Position numbers and translations under genes: made by a program. Below the pieces are notes generated by a model that saw only the letters and a program-made list of their open reading frames with translations, did no database searches and had not been told where the DNA came from. Positions 1-9,630 of a stretch of DNA of 55,615 nt are shown here, in pieces (the first letter of the stretch is position 1; each line of letters opens with the position of its first letter). Source of the stretch: a virus (taxonomy: Duplodnaviria; Caudoviricetes); IMG/VR virus record IMGVR_UViG_3300028396_000009, positions 1 to 55,615 of that record. The stretch is one strand, 5' to 3'.

Positions 1-363
1 GCGCAGACGCTTGATGAGCTTAAGAACTTTATTAGATATCCAAATGGCACATGGAAAGCGAGGCAGGGTAAGCATGATGATATGGTTATGTCATTGTTAT
101 ACTCTCTGTTTATACTGGAGAGAGAAATTACTGAGAGATTCTTTGAGATAGCAGAGCTTGATAGTATGGGTAAGCCATGTGTAATTGATCAGATGGATTT
201 TGGTATTCAGTACTTTGAAGACGCTACCTCTATATATCTAGATAATGAAGTGGTTGGTGATAACAATAACTCTCTTCCTCCTATGGTCTTCGGAATGGGA
301 GATAACCAAGCTGAATCAGACATGGATGAGTTATCTATGTTTGGTTATGAACCTTTACAATAA
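1..363 (+). CDS. gp17: Terminase large subunit, C-terminal nuclease domain (partial; starts before window)
   Basis: Frame +1 is open from base 1: AQTLDELKNFIRYPNGTWKARQGKHDDMVMSL. This matches the T4 gp17-type 'EL..F......A..G.HDD.VM' motif. The ORF-track start at 82 is internal. Confidence 0.85.
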   Translation, partial: AQTLDELKNFIRYPNGTWKARQGKHDDMVMSLLYSLFILEREITERFFEIAELDSMGKPCVIDQMDFGIQYFEDATSIYLDNEVVGDNNNSLPPMVFGMGDNQAESDMDELSMFGYEPLQ

Positions 364-366
364 ATA
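359..366 (+). promoter_or_regulatory. T4-late-type promoter (AATAAATA)
   Basis: TAAATA 5 nt before ATG 372, overlapping the gp17 stop. Confidence 0.6.
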
Positions 367-371
367 ATAAT

Positions 372-980
372 ATGTCACAGAATAAGAATCAACAATCCTT
401 ATTGAATAAGAATAGGTTAGATAAGTTTATAATGGTGTTTCAATTACCACCAGCACTTAGAAAAATAAAATCACGTAATAATAGAAGTAGTTATAAAGTA
501 GATGAAGATGCCTTTCAAATGTCAGTCTACGGGGCGGTTGTTCCAGAAGTAACTGTCGCGGCAATTCAAATACCATACGCAGGTAGTAACCTATACAACT
601 CATCCCATGCAAAAGAGCCCTACCCACCAATTGAAGTGAGTTTCGTTGTAGATAATGAGTTTAATAACTACTGGACTATGTATAAATGGTTAGATTTAAT
701 GCATGATGAGCAAACCGGGTTGTTCGATGAAGATGATCTTGTAGATAAATCAGCACCAGATAAGGGAAAAGCTGCACCCTTTAAGTTTTCTGATTATCAA
801 ACAGATATGACACTATATGGCTTAGATGAATTTAATAATAAGCGTATAGAATTTACTTACACACAAGCATTTCCTATAACAATTGGTAGTTTGAACTACA
901 ACTATCGAGAGTCTGGTGAGATTCAAAGTAGTGCGACTTTTGTATACTCTCAATTACGCAGTAAGTTGTTAAATAATTAG
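372..980 (+). CDS. Tail completion / tail-tube terminator protein (T4 gp3-like, tube fold)
   Basis: 'YPPIEVSFVVDNEFNNYWTMYKWL' and 'FTYTQAFPITIGSLNYN...SATFVY' resemble gp3/gp19-family motifs; directly upstream of sheath. Confidence 0.65.
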   Translation: MSQNKNQQSLLNKNRLDKFIMVFQLPPALRKIKSRNNRSSYKVDEDAFQMSVYGAVVPEVTVAAIQIPYAGSNLYNSSHAKEPYPPIEVSFVVDNEFNNYWTMYKWLDLMHDEQTGLFDEDDLVDKSAPDKGKAAPFKFSDYQTDMTLYGLDEFNNKRIEFTYTQAFPITIGSLNYNYRESGEIQSSATFVYSQLRSKLLNN

Positions 981-998
981 AATTTTTGTCTCGAAAAG

Positions 999-1006
999 CA
1001 TAAATA
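999..1006 (+). promoter_or_regulatory. T4-late-type promoter (CATAAATA)
   Basis: 5 nt before sheath ATG 1012. Confidence 0.65.
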
Positions 1007-1011
1007 ATTTT

Positions 1012-3579
1012 ATGGCTAGAAGGACAATACAATCTCCAGGAGTTGAAATCAGAGAGAGTGACTTATCACTCCGTACGGTTTCACAGGGAACAACGACATA
1101 TGTAACAGGATTTGCTCATGAAGGTCCAACCGACGAAGTGGTTGGCGTTACAGATATTAATAATTTTGAGCAAATCTACGGCATGCCTAGGACACCGGCT
1201 GAGAGATACTTTTACTATACGGTAAAAGCTACTCTTAACTCTACTGGCTCCGTACTTGTTAACAGATTACCGTATGGTGATGAAACTGGTGCTGGTTTCG
1301 GTTCTAAAATTAGTGTTCTAGCATATCCTGCAGCAGGTATTACAACAGCTAGTACTAGTACTACCTACACCACAACATCCGCGATTGATTCGGCTAACTT
1401 CCTCGAAAGCGCGACACTATCTGCTAAATATACAGCAGACATCACAGCTTCAAGTACACTTTCTGAAGTCGACTACCTTGATATTGCTGATTATGCTACT
1501 ACATCACTTGGCGGTTTGCTTTCTGGTTCAGATCAAGAAACATTCACAACAGCTGAGTTTTTCACTAGTGCTAACGTAGTCACTCCGGGAGTACCTACAG
1601 CAGATTATAGCGAGTCATCTGCAACTTGGTTTATAGGTAAACCAAAACAATTTGAGTTGACATATGATCAATATGTTAAATTGAAGGACGGTGAGCTATT
1701 TGCAGACGGGTGGAGTGAACAAGCAGGTGACTCAACTTGGAATAGTATTAACGCTCTATCAAGTGCTGCGATTCTTGTAGTTAACAAAGCTCAAACAGTT
1801 ATCGATGGTCAGTTTAACGGATACTATATCGGTATAGCAGATAATACAAATATTAACCCCGCACAAGACTACGATTCAATTACTAGTGTACAGACTGTAA
1901 CACAGTCAGCTGGTAGTATTGGATTACTCGATTACACAACAATTCCTGAAACAAGGTTAGAGTTTGCACTATCCGCAACAGACGGTGAGGGTACAAACCC
2001 TGCAGCCAGCTCTGTATCACAAGTAATGGAAGACAGAATTACTGATTATAACATTGGTGATGATGAATTCAATGATTCTCTTAACGTTGGTGTATTTAAA
2101 CTTAGACAATCTGTATTCTCTAAAACATCAAATCGCTTAGACTATCTTTTAGAAGAAGGCTTTAACGGTTCTATTGGTAAGTATAGAAACAGAAACTCTA
2201 CTTCAGGTGGATTACCTGTTAACTATTTCCTCGAAACGCAAGAAGATAATTCTAGAAACATTGATATTCTAGTTAACCCTTACCTTTCTGATCAAATTCA
2301 AGGTGTACAACTTAACGATGATGGTTCCCCTAAGCGGAAAGTACGTGTTGTAACTGATACACTATATAGAGCCTTAAATGGTGGTGATCTTACCGAAGCT
2401 CAAGTAGGTGCTACTGTAGCCCAGCTAGCGACAATCAGTAGTGATATTGGAAAAGCTGATTCACTCTTTGCACTAGGTGCATATGGTGAAGTTAAACTTG
2501 GAGAAAAGGTTATTGGAAAAATTCCTAATAAGCTTGATCGTGCTCTACTTAGAATTAAGAACGATGAGAAGTTTAATATTGATATGATTGCAGAAGGTGG
2601 ACTTGGTACTATTTTCACATATCTTGAAACAGCTACTGCAGGTCTTAAAGCCGCAGGATTTGATGATACTCGTACAACTGATGCTATTGAAGCTCTAAGA
2701 ACATCAAATGATATTTCAAATAGTACAGCAAGAGATGCGTACGGTAGTATATTTAATAGATTTAATACATTCTGCGGACCAGTAAAAGATGGTGGTAGGG
2801 GTGATGTACTATTTATTGCTGATCCAATTCGTCAGATACTAGTAACTGGTAAGAATAATAAAGTTCAAGACAATAAGGAAAAGAACTTCTATACAGATAT
2901 TTACTGGGGTATGAGACATCAGTTTGAAAACTCTAATACTTCTTACGCTTGTACGTACGCAAACTACATGAAGGTGTATGATAAATATACTGGCTTATTT
3001 GTTTATGTACCACCATCAGGGTTTGCTGCTGCTAAAATGGCTTCAACTGATGCTGCTGTTGGTCCATGGGGAGCTCCTGCTGGGTTTAATAGAGGTATTA
3101 TCAATGATGCTGTTGATATTGCTCTAACACCTAACCAGAGACAACGAGATGATCTATATACAGTCAATCTTAACCCAATTGCTTCATTCCAAGATAAGGG
3201 TAATGTATTCTTCGGTCAGAAAACTCTACTTAAGAAGCCAAGTGCATTTGATCGTGTTAACGTACGACGTACTTTCTTATATCTAGAGAAAATAACAAAG
3301 AAAACAATGCAGTTCTTCTTATTCGAAAATAACACTCTATTTACTAGAACACGTGTTATTAACACCTTAACACCTTTCTTTGAGCGTGTTAAAGCAAGTG
3401 ATGGATTGTATGACTACCTTATTGTATGTGATGAGAGAAATAATACTCCTGAGGTAATCGATCAAAACGAGCTGATTATTGATATTTACCTTAAGCCAGT
3501 TAGAACAGCTGAATTCATATTAGTTAACTTTTATGCCAGCAGAACGGACGCTAACTTCCAAGAGCTTATTGAAGGTTAA
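1012..3579 (+). CDS. gp18: Contractile tail sheath protein
   Basis: N-term SPGVEIRESDLS; C-term PWGAPAGFNRG, FFGQKTL, SAFDRVNVRR, CDERNNTPEVIDQN, IYLKPVRTAEFI. Confidence 0.97.
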   Translation: MARRTIQSPGVEIRESDLSLRTVSQGTTTYVTGFAHEGPTDEVVGVTDINNFEQIYGMPRTPAERYFYYTVKATLNSTGSVLVNRLPYGDETGAGFGSKISVLAYPAAGITTASTSTTYTTTSAIDSANFLESATLSAKYTADITASSTLSEVDYLDIADYATTSLGGLLSGSDQETFTTAEFFTSANVVTPGVPTADYSESSATWFIGKPKQFELTYDQYVKLKDGELFADGWSEQAGDSTWNSINALSSAAILVVNKAQTVIDGQFNGYYIGIADNTNINPAQDYDSITSVQTVTQSAGSIGLLDYTTIPETRLEFALSATDGEGTNPAASSVSQVMEDRITDYNIGDDEFNDSLNVGVFKLRQSVFSKTSNRLDYLLEEGFNGSIGKYRNRNSTSGGLPVNYFLETQEDNSRNIDILVNPYLSDQIQGVQLNDDGSPKRKVRVVTDTLYRALNGGDLTEAQVGATVAQLATISSDIGKADSLFALGAYGEVKLGEKVIGKIPNKLDRALLRIKNDEKFNIDMIAEGGLGTIFTYLETATAGLKAAGFDDTRTTDAIEALRTSNDISNSTARDAYGSIFNRFNTFCGPVKDGGRGDVLFIADPIRQILVTGKNNKVQDNKEKNFYTDIYWGMRHQFENSNTSYACTYANYMKVYDKYTGLFVYVPPSGFAAAKMASTDAAVGPWGAPAGFNRGIINDAVDIALTPNQRQRDDLYTVNLNPIASFQDKGNVFFGQKTLLKKPSAFDRVNVRRTFLYLEKITKKTMQFFLFENNTLFTRTRVINTLTPFFERVKASDGLYDYLIVCDERNNTPEVIDQNELIIDIYLKPVRTAEFILVNFYASRTDANFQELIEG

Positions 3580-3594
3580 TAACATCTAACTTAC

Positions 3595-3630
3595 AAAAAA
3601 GCCAGAGTTGAAAGACTCTGGCTTTTTTTT
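3595..3630 (+). terminator. Rho-independent terminator (potentially bidirectional)
   Basis: A6-GCCAGAGT-tgaaag-ACTCTGGC-T8, just after the sheath stop. Confidence 0.9.
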
Positions 3631-3650
3631 GTTAAAAGCTGCATCGGATG

Positions 3651-3658
3651 TATAAATA
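3651..3658 (+). promoter_or_regulatory. T4 late promoter, perfect TATAAATA
   Basis: Exact T4 gp55 consensus, 5 nt before ATG 3664. Confidence 0.8.
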
Positions 3659-3663
3659 ATTAT

Positions 3664-4230
3664 ATGTCAAGTTACAGGTCAAATCAGAATATCGAACAAT
3701 TTTATCAGCGCGCGCAATCTCGTGACTTCTCACGTGACTTCCTCTTTAGAGTAACAGATGTTGTACTAGCAGGTGACGTTACACTTGAAGACGAAGAGCT
3801 TGTTTATGCGAAAGCAGCAACGCTACCAGCACGTAATATTACAAATGTTGAAGCACCATATATGGGCCTTAACTTTAACGTACCAGGTAATGTTACTTAT
3901 CCTGGATCAGAGGGCTATTCACTTAGCTTCTATCTAGATGCGGCATCAGAGCTCAGAAACAAATTAGAGTTAGCTTCTCGTGTATTGTTTGATGATACCT
4001 CTTCTACTGGTCAATACGCAACACCATCTGAAGATTATTATATCATCCTTCAACAGCTTAATAAAAAGCTAGAGCCTATTTCAACATATAAGTTATATGG
4101 CGCTTCTATTCGTAACATCGACGCTATTGAATACCAGATGGCAGAAGGTACCGGTAGTACAGTACAAGTACAAACAACTATAGCTTACCACTTTTATAAA
4201 AATCTAGATATCAACCCTGAGGCAGGTTAA
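3664..4230 (+). CDS. gp19: Tail tube protein
   Basis: Follows sheath; 'AKAATLPARNITNVEAPYMGLNFNVPGNVTY', 'QQLNKKLEPISTYKLYGA' fit the gp19 pattern; 188 aa. Confidence 0.85.
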   Translation: MSSYRSNQNIEQFYQRAQSRDFSRDFLFRVTDVVLAGDVTLEDEELVYAKAATLPARNITNVEAPYMGLNFNVPGNVTYPGSEGYSLSFYLDAASELRNKLELASRVLFDDTSSTGQYATPSEDYYIILQQLNKKLEPISTYKLYGASIRNIDAIEYQMAEGTGSTVQVQTTIAYHFYKNLDINPEAG

Positions 4231-4234
4231 TTAG

Positions 4235-4924
4235 ATGTCTACACAGCCTATAAAAAGCCGCTTACAAGGCTTAAATAGTTCCTGGGCGAATGACCTACCG
4301 GCTAAGTTTTTATGGACTATTAGCTTTCAAGGTCGTGGGGGTTCAGGTAACATGAACAGTGTGCAATCTTCTATATCAACAATTATTCAAGATTATGAAG
4401 ATAGGCGATGGGCATTTGATGGTAGCTTGTTTGATAACAGATCTGATCATAGTATAGGCTATCTATATGCACAGGCTGTAGCATTACCACAAGAGCAGTA
4501 TACTGTAGGCGCCTTGCCTGTTGCAAAGTCAGGTGGTTTTGTCGCCGGTCTATATGGTGATAGACGCGCTGATTATGGTAGTGAAAATAAAATTGATGTA
4601 ACATTTCTAGAGCAAAATAAAGATATTGTAGATATGTTTATTAGACCATGGTTGGTAGCCGTATCTTATTACGGTTTAATAGAAGATGAAGACATTGACC
4701 TAAAGTGTAACATACAGGTAAACCTACACTCACGTAACGATCATGGTGCTGAGAACATAGCTACCCCTTTCGGTAGTAAGGAAAATAAAAGAAAGACATA
4801 TGTCTTTGAGGATTGTGTACCTATAACTGTAGCTGGTGATCAGATTAGTTATAATGATCTTACATTCAGTGATTTAGAGAGAACGGTTTCATTCGCCTTC
4901 TCAAGGTATAAGCTGCTAGATTGA
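4235..4924 (+). CDS. Tube-fold baseplate protein (gp54-like tail tube initiator)
   Basis: 'AQAVALP', 'IDVTFLE', 'YVFEDCVP', 'TVSFAF' are tube-family elements; position after gp19. Confidence 0.55.
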   Translation: MSTQPIKSRLQGLNSSWANDLPAKFLWTISFQGRGGSGNMNSVQSSISTIIQDYEDRRWAFDGSLFDNRSDHSIGYLYAQAVALPQEQYTVGALPVAKSGGFVAGLYGDRRADYGSENKIDVTFLEQNKDIVDMFIRPWLVAVSYYGLIEDEDIDLKCNIQVNLHSRNDHGAENIATPFGSKENKRKTYVFEDCVPITVAGDQISYNDLTFSDLERTVSFAFSRYKLLD

Positions 4925-4953
4925 TTTTTAGCTAAAGCGATATAAATTATAGT

Positions 4954-5763
4954 GTGTTTACTATAAAGTTAGACTTACCTAGCGGTAAAGAGGTTCGTAT
5001 ACCCGAGCTTAAGAACGGTAATTATCTCACAATACTCAAGTATTGTCAAAATGAAGACTATGAAGGTCTTAATAATTTTTTTGAGAAACTATACTTAACA
5101 CCTGACCTTAATATTTTTGATAGATTTTTTCTGTTATTATATATTAGAAAAATGTTTGTTAGTAGTAAGTTAGAGTTTGTAGGTAAAGATGAAGCTAATG
5201 TATCTTATTATATAGATGACATATTATCACGTTTAATTAATAACTATGTTGATGATGAGCGTGATATAACATATAATAATATACATATAAAGGTAGGTAT
5301 TCCAAAATGCTCTTATTTTAATAGTATAGACGAAATGCTACAAGGTGCTATTACTACAGTTCGGTTTGGTGATAATGAGATAGATTTCGCTACACTTTCT
5401 AATGAAGATAAGTGTAGTATACTTCGTAGGTTACCCTCGCAAATATTTGTACAGTTGCAGGAGTATATTGACGATTTATCTGAGAGGCTTTTTGACTTAA
5501 CTATAATTAACGAAAATGAAGAGTTTGAAATATCAGAAATAAAAGTTAATTTATTAAGTAACGGTATACTCTATTTTATTACATCTATTTTTAAATACGA
5601 TCTTATAGCCTTTTATGAGATGTTATATAACTATAATCAGTTTGTTAGTAAGGGTGCAGATAACTTCTTTAAGCTTACATTTAACGAGGTTAAGCTATTA
5701 TTAAATATTCACTCTGATCGTATCGAACAAGAAAACGAAAAAATTAAAAGAGAAAACCAATAG
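4954..5763 (+). CDS. Baseplate hub assembly protein, gp26-like with gp51-like C-terminus
   Basis: N-term 'LDLPSGKEVRIPEL' is gp26-like; C-term 'AFYEMLYNY...LTFNEVKLLLNIHSDRIEQENEK' resembles gp51. Confidence 0.55.
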   Translation: MFTIKLDLPSGKEVRIPELKNGNYLTILKYCQNEDYEGLNNFFEKLYLTPDLNIFDRFFLLLYIRKMFVSSKLEFVGKDEANVSYYIDDILSRLINNYVDDERDITYNNIHIKVGIPKCSYFNSIDEMLQGAITTVRFGDNEIDFATLSNEDKCSILRRLPSQIFVQLQEYIDDLSERLFDLTIINENEEFEISEIKVNLLSNGILYFITSIFKYDLIAFYEMLYNYNQFVSKGADNFFKLTFNEVKLLLNIHSDRIEQENEKIKRENQ

Positions 5764-5785
5764 TGTTGATAAACAGTTAGTGGTG

Positions 5786-5793
5786 TATAAATA
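5786..5793 (+). promoter_or_regulatory. T4 late promoter TATAAATA
   Basis: Exact consensus 6 nt before ATG 5800; TTGATA at 5766-5771 upstream. Confidence 0.7.
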
Positions 5794-5799
5794 AAGGCA

Positions 5800-6537
5800 A
5801 TGAGTAAAGACCTATTAAAAAACCTTATTAGTGATTTAGATAAAATTAATAAAGACAACGTAACACCAATCTTTATACCGTCATTAGACAAAAAAGTAGA
5901 GTTTGAAATGTTCAGCGTTGCTCAGCATAAAGATCTATTGAAGTCTGCGTTTGAAGGTTATGAAGGGGCTATAAAAAGTAATATTATTTATAACAACGCT
6001 ATATTAGATAATAGTGTTGATGATATTGACTTTTCGGTAGCGGACCGTGCTCATATTTTAGTTGAGTTAAGAAAGAGCTCTTTAGGTAATAACTACGTTG
6101 TTGATGATAAGACATTAGACATGAGTAAGCTACCAACACCTAACTTCGAGTTTAATTATACCGAAAAACTTGAATATAATGGTGTTGTAGTTAAGTTAAA
6201 AATTCCTAGTCTCGAAAGAGATACGGCAATATCAAAAAAGCTACTAGCTGAGTTTAAGCGGTTAAGTGAGAGTGAAAAGGATGTTGAAGCTGTTAATGTA
6301 ATGATCACATATGAGATTATCAAGTATATCGATAGTGTTGAAGTTGCAGATAATACAATAACATTTGATAATTTTAATTTATATGAGAGTAAGCAAATTG
6401 TTAACACGTTACCTCTTAAAATTAATAACGCTGTTGTCGACTTTATCGATAAATTTAAACAGCAAGAAACCGCCAACCTCACGTTTGATGATGATACATT
6501 TATAGAAATTGATGCGGGTTTCCTGTCTAATGATTAA
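5800..6537 (+). CDS. Baseplate hub assembly protein (gp26-like)
   Basis: 'IPSLDKKVEFEMFSVAQHKDLL' and 'DRAHILVELRKSSLG' match the T4_baseplate/gp26 pattern. Confidence 0.7.
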   Translation: MSKDLLKNLISDLDKINKDNVTPIFIPSLDKKVEFEMFSVAQHKDLLKSAFEGYEGAIKSNIIYNNAILDNSVDDIDFSVADRAHILVELRKSSLGNNYVVDDKTLDMSKLPTPNFEFNYTEKLEYNGVVVKLKIPSLERDTAISKKLLAEFKRLSESEKDVEAVNVMITYEIIKYIDSVEVADNTITFDNFNLYESKQIVNTLPLKINNAVVDFIDKFKQQETANLTFDDDTFIEIDAGFLSND

Positions 6538-6545
6538 ATAATCAT

Positions 6546-8441
6546 ATGGCAGATGGTTGTGAAGACTTTGGTAGAATATTAAACGCCCTTTCTATGGTGG
6601 ATAAGGCTGATGATGATTCACCTAAAACAGGCGCAATAAGAAAAGACACAGGTGGTAAAAGAAAGAAAGGTAACCCTAATCTATCACCAAATGAAAAGAG
6701 TAAGTTAATAAAGGTCTTTAAGATCTTTAAGAAAGTTGTCAATGATACCACCACAAGTGGTAGTTCATCAAATAGTAACGAAAGTACAAACACTTATAAC
6801 AATACTAAGCTTAAGACTAGTGGCTCTTTATCACAAAGTGAAATTTCACGTTATAAACAAATATTTAAGATTTTTAAGAGTGTTGTTTTCCCAGGACCAG
6901 AGGCTGATGAATTAGAATCTAAAAAGCCTGTAGAGGCTATGAAGGAAAAAACATCTAATGTTGTAAAGCCTGATGTTGCACCTGGAGATAAAAAAGGGTG
7001 GTTAAATTCTTTACTTGGACTTTTAGGACTCGGTAGTCTCCTAGGTCAAGGTGGTGTCTTTGAAAAATTCATTAAACCCGCTTTATCTAGATTTATGGGT
7101 AGACTTGGAACCAATCTCAAGGAGGGTCTAAAAAGGTTTGGTGAAAGAATCGGTAAATTTTTCACCAATATATGGAAGGGGTTAACTAAAACCGCTGCAT
7201 GGAAATCATTGAGCTCTGGTTTAACAAAAGGATTTGACGCTATAAAGGAGTTTGCATCTAAAGCAAAAAATCTCATTATGGACAAACTAGCGGCTGTTGG
7301 TAAGTTTATCAAGAATACACTATCAAAGATTCCTGGTATAAGTAAAATAATGCCAGGTTTAGCAGCACCAAAACCAGGTGCGCCGAAACCAGGCGCGCCG
7401 AAACCAGGCGCGCCGAAACCAGGCGCGCCGAAACCAGGAGCACCTAAAACAACTACACCAAAAACAACTACACCAAAATCAGCAGCACCAAAACCAACAG
7501 CACCAAAAAAGCCAGGTATGTTTAGTAGAGCGTGGTCGAGTGTTAAGAAAGGTGCAAGTAGTGCTAAGGGTGCTGTTTCACGCAAAGTTAGCAGTGTAGC
7601 ATCTTCCGCTGCCGGTAAGTTAACACAAGCTGGTCAGTGGGTAGGTAAAAAGGCGACAAGTTTAAAAGATAAAACTGTAAAACCATTGCTTGATAAGGTG
7701 TCTAAACAGTTCGGTACTCTTGTCAAAGGTGGTGGTATATTAAAGTATCTCAAAGGGTTTGCAAAGGTACCTATTATAGCACCTTTACTCGAGGGTATCT
7801 TCCTGAAATCAACCCTTAATAAGTTACGTGATAAGTATGAAGCTGGTGACATAACGCAGGATGAGTATAGAGCAAAGGCAGGTGAAGAGTTCTTTAAAAG
7901 TGTAGGTGGTGTAGGGGGAGCTGCAATAGGTGGTGCAATAGGCTCCTTAATACCTGTACCTGTAGTAGGTACATTAGCAGGTGCTATTGGTGGTGATTTA
8001 CTTGGTCGATTTGCTGTAGGTCTTCTAAATAAACATGTTTTAAAGGGAGAGCATAAGTCAAAGGTTGGAGAGTTTATTTTAGGTCTTATGATGAAAGACG
8101 CACAACCGGGCTTTAAACTAGCTAAAAATGAAATGCAGGATTTTATTATACGTGATGGTTTAGTTGCACCGTTTAGTAGTAAGGATGAAGTATTGGGTAT
8201 GAAGAAGGGTGGTGTAATTAACAACCTTGTAAATGAGCAGGGTGAAGAGATAAAACTACTCAACGCGAAGTTAATTATGATTGCGCAAGAGCAAACGCAG
8301 GTGTTACGTGAGATAGCGTATAACACACTAAATAGTAGAGGTGGACAAACTGCAGTTATCAATACACCACCACCACCAAAACAAGTTACACCGAGGGAGA
8401 TGGGTCAACGTCAACGATTTACACGGGGATCAACAATATAA
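6546..8441 (+). CDS. Probable tape measure / baseplate hub protein (gp29-like)
   Basis: Lys-rich amphipathic helices, a Gly-rich 'GAAIGGAIGSLIPVPVVGTLAGAIGG' segment, and position between gp26-like and gp48-like genes. Confidence 0.6.
   Translation: MADGCEDFGRILNALSMVDKADDDSPKTGAIRKDTGGKRKKGNPNLSPNEKSKLIKVFKIFKKVVNDTTTSGSSSNSNESTNTYNNTKLKTSGSLSQSEISRYKQIFKIFKSVVFPGPEADELESKKPVEAMKEKTSNVVKPDVAPGDKKGWLNSLLGLLGLGSLLGQGGVFEKFIKPALSRFMGRLGTNLKEGLKRFGERIGKFFTNIWKGLTKTAAWKSLSSGLTKGFDAIKEFASKAKNLIMDKLAAVGKFIKNTLSKIPGISKIMPGLAAPKPGAPKPGAPKPGAPKPGAPKPGAPKTTTPKTTTPKSAAPKPTAPKKPGMFSRAWSSVKKGASSAKGAVSRKVSSVASSAAGKLTQAGQWVGKKATSLKDKTVKPLLDKVSKQFGTLVKGGGILKYLKGFAKVPIIAPLLEGIFLKSTLNKLRDKYEAGDITQDEYRAKAGEEFFKSVGGVGGAAIGGAIGSLIPVPVVGTLAGAIGGDLLGRFAVGLLNKHVLKGEHKSKVGEFILGLMMKDAQPGFKLAKNEMQDFIIRDGLVAPFSSKDEVLGMKKGGVINNLVNEQGEEIKLLNAKLIMIAQEQTQVLREIAYNTLNSRGGQTAVINTPPPPKQVTPREMGQRQRFTRGSTI
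7365..7517 (+). repeat. 15-bp tandem repeat encoding (APKPG)n and PKTTT-type pentapeptides
   Basis: GCGCCGAAACCAGGC x3 perfect plus one near-perfect copy at 7380-7439; 15-nt periodicity continues degenerate on both sides (about 10 units). Confidence 0.95.
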
Positions 8442-8455
8442 TATAAATATAAATA
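8442..8455 (+). promoter_or_regulatory. Two overlapping TATAAATA late promoter boxes
   Basis: TATAAATATAAATA immediately before ATG 8457. Confidence 0.65.
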
Positions 8456-8456
8456 T

Positions 8457-9614
8457 ATGGCTATAATTGACAGTTTTACAGATATTAACGAAGAGTCTTT
8501 TGTCTCGTTTGGTGAAGATCGGGGTGCTGGTAAGATTACTAACGAGGATACTTACCGGAAACCAAACCCCAGCGGTAATGGTATTGTAGATGTGGTAGAA
8601 AGCTTTAGCTGGTTTGCTGGTGGAACATCTAGCAAACTAACGACAGCGGCAATTAATAGAATACCAAAAATTGCAATGGTAGAATATGAGCAAGTGCTTA
8701 ACTCACAACTCTCACAAGCATTGTACTATATTAACGCATCTTTAAATAGTGCAAAGGATATTACAACCACTGCCGCGGCAGAGAATTCACCTCTTAGTCA
8801 GTTTGCCAAATATCTCGGCTTATCAGAGCAAGACATCAAAAAGGGAAAAAGTATTGCTCAACCAGTTACTGCTTATATAGAAAAAATACAAAAAAAATTA
8901 GATGGTGTTAACGCAAGTAGTGCTGAGAAGCAAAGATTAGAGGGTAATTACCTTAAGTCCTTAATAGGTATATATTTAACTGAACCAACTAATTTTAAAT
9001 ATGTTTTTCCGTATTTCGAAAAACCACCACAACTACAGAACACCTGGGCCCAACCTTCAAATGAAGGAATGGTAGGTGAGGCAATTAACAAAGGTATGAA
9101 TATAGTGGAGGAAGTAGCCTCTTTTGTTAATATAACACAACCAGGTATATACATACAGAAAGCGAAGAGCTATACTTTCAGTGAGGAAGGTCCATCACTA
9201 ACTATAACTTTCCCACTTTTTAATACTGTTAAACGGGGTGATAATAAACCATATCAGCAGAATTACGAGCTACTATGGCTTTTAGCTTATCAAAACAAAC
9301 CGTATAAAACAGCCTTTGCTAGAGCTAAACCTCCAAAGATATATGACATTAATATACCCGGCGTTGTTAGTATGCCTTTCGCGCAAATACGGGGTATGAA
9401 TGTTGACTTTGTGGGTACAGTTAGAGATAAGCAAGTATCAATAGCAGGTGTAGGTGAGTTTACAGCGCCAATACCAGATGCTTATAATGTAACTATTGAA
9501 GTTGAGTCTTTACTATCTGATTACGCTAACCTCATGGTAGGTACAGGTTTCACAACTAAAATTATTGATAACACTGTTCAAATTGGTACAGGTGGTAATA
9601 GACCTATCAATTAA
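8457..9614 (+). CDS. Baseplate tail-tube cap-like protein (gp48-like)
   Basis: 'PSLTITFPLFNT', 'PPKIYDINIPG', 'IRGMNVDFVG', 'PDAYNVTIEVESL' are typical of tube-cap proteins; precedes gp53. Confidence 0.55.
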   Translation: MAIIDSFTDINEESFVSFGEDRGAGKITNEDTYRKPNPSGNGIVDVVESFSWFAGGTSSKLTTAAINRIPKIAMVEYEQVLNSQLSQALYYINASLNSAKDITTTAAAENSPLSQFAKYLGLSEQDIKKGKSIAQPVTAYIEKIQKKLDGVNASSAEKQRLEGNYLKSLIGIYLTEPTNFKYVFPYFEKPPQLQNTWAQPSNEGMVGEAINKGMNIVEEVASFVNITQPGIYIQKAKSYTFSEEGPSLTITFPLFNTVKRGDNKPYQQNYELLWLLAYQNKPYKTAFARAKPPKIYDINIPGVVSMPFAQIRGMNVDFVGTVRDKQVSIAGVGEFTAPIPDAYNVTIEVESLLSDYANLMVGTGFTTKIIDNTVQIGTGGNRPIN

Positions 9615-9630
9615 AGTATAACTTAAGATT

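Noticed and set aside
7380-7439. Possible CRISPR array
   Set aside because: Contiguous 15-bp tandem units with no spacers, in frame within a CDS.
7046-8362. Long antisense ORFs (179 and 242 aa) and the RRNQA alternative-frame ORF
   Set aside because: Shadows of the repeat-rich, codon-biased plus-strand gene; no promoter or coherent protein features.
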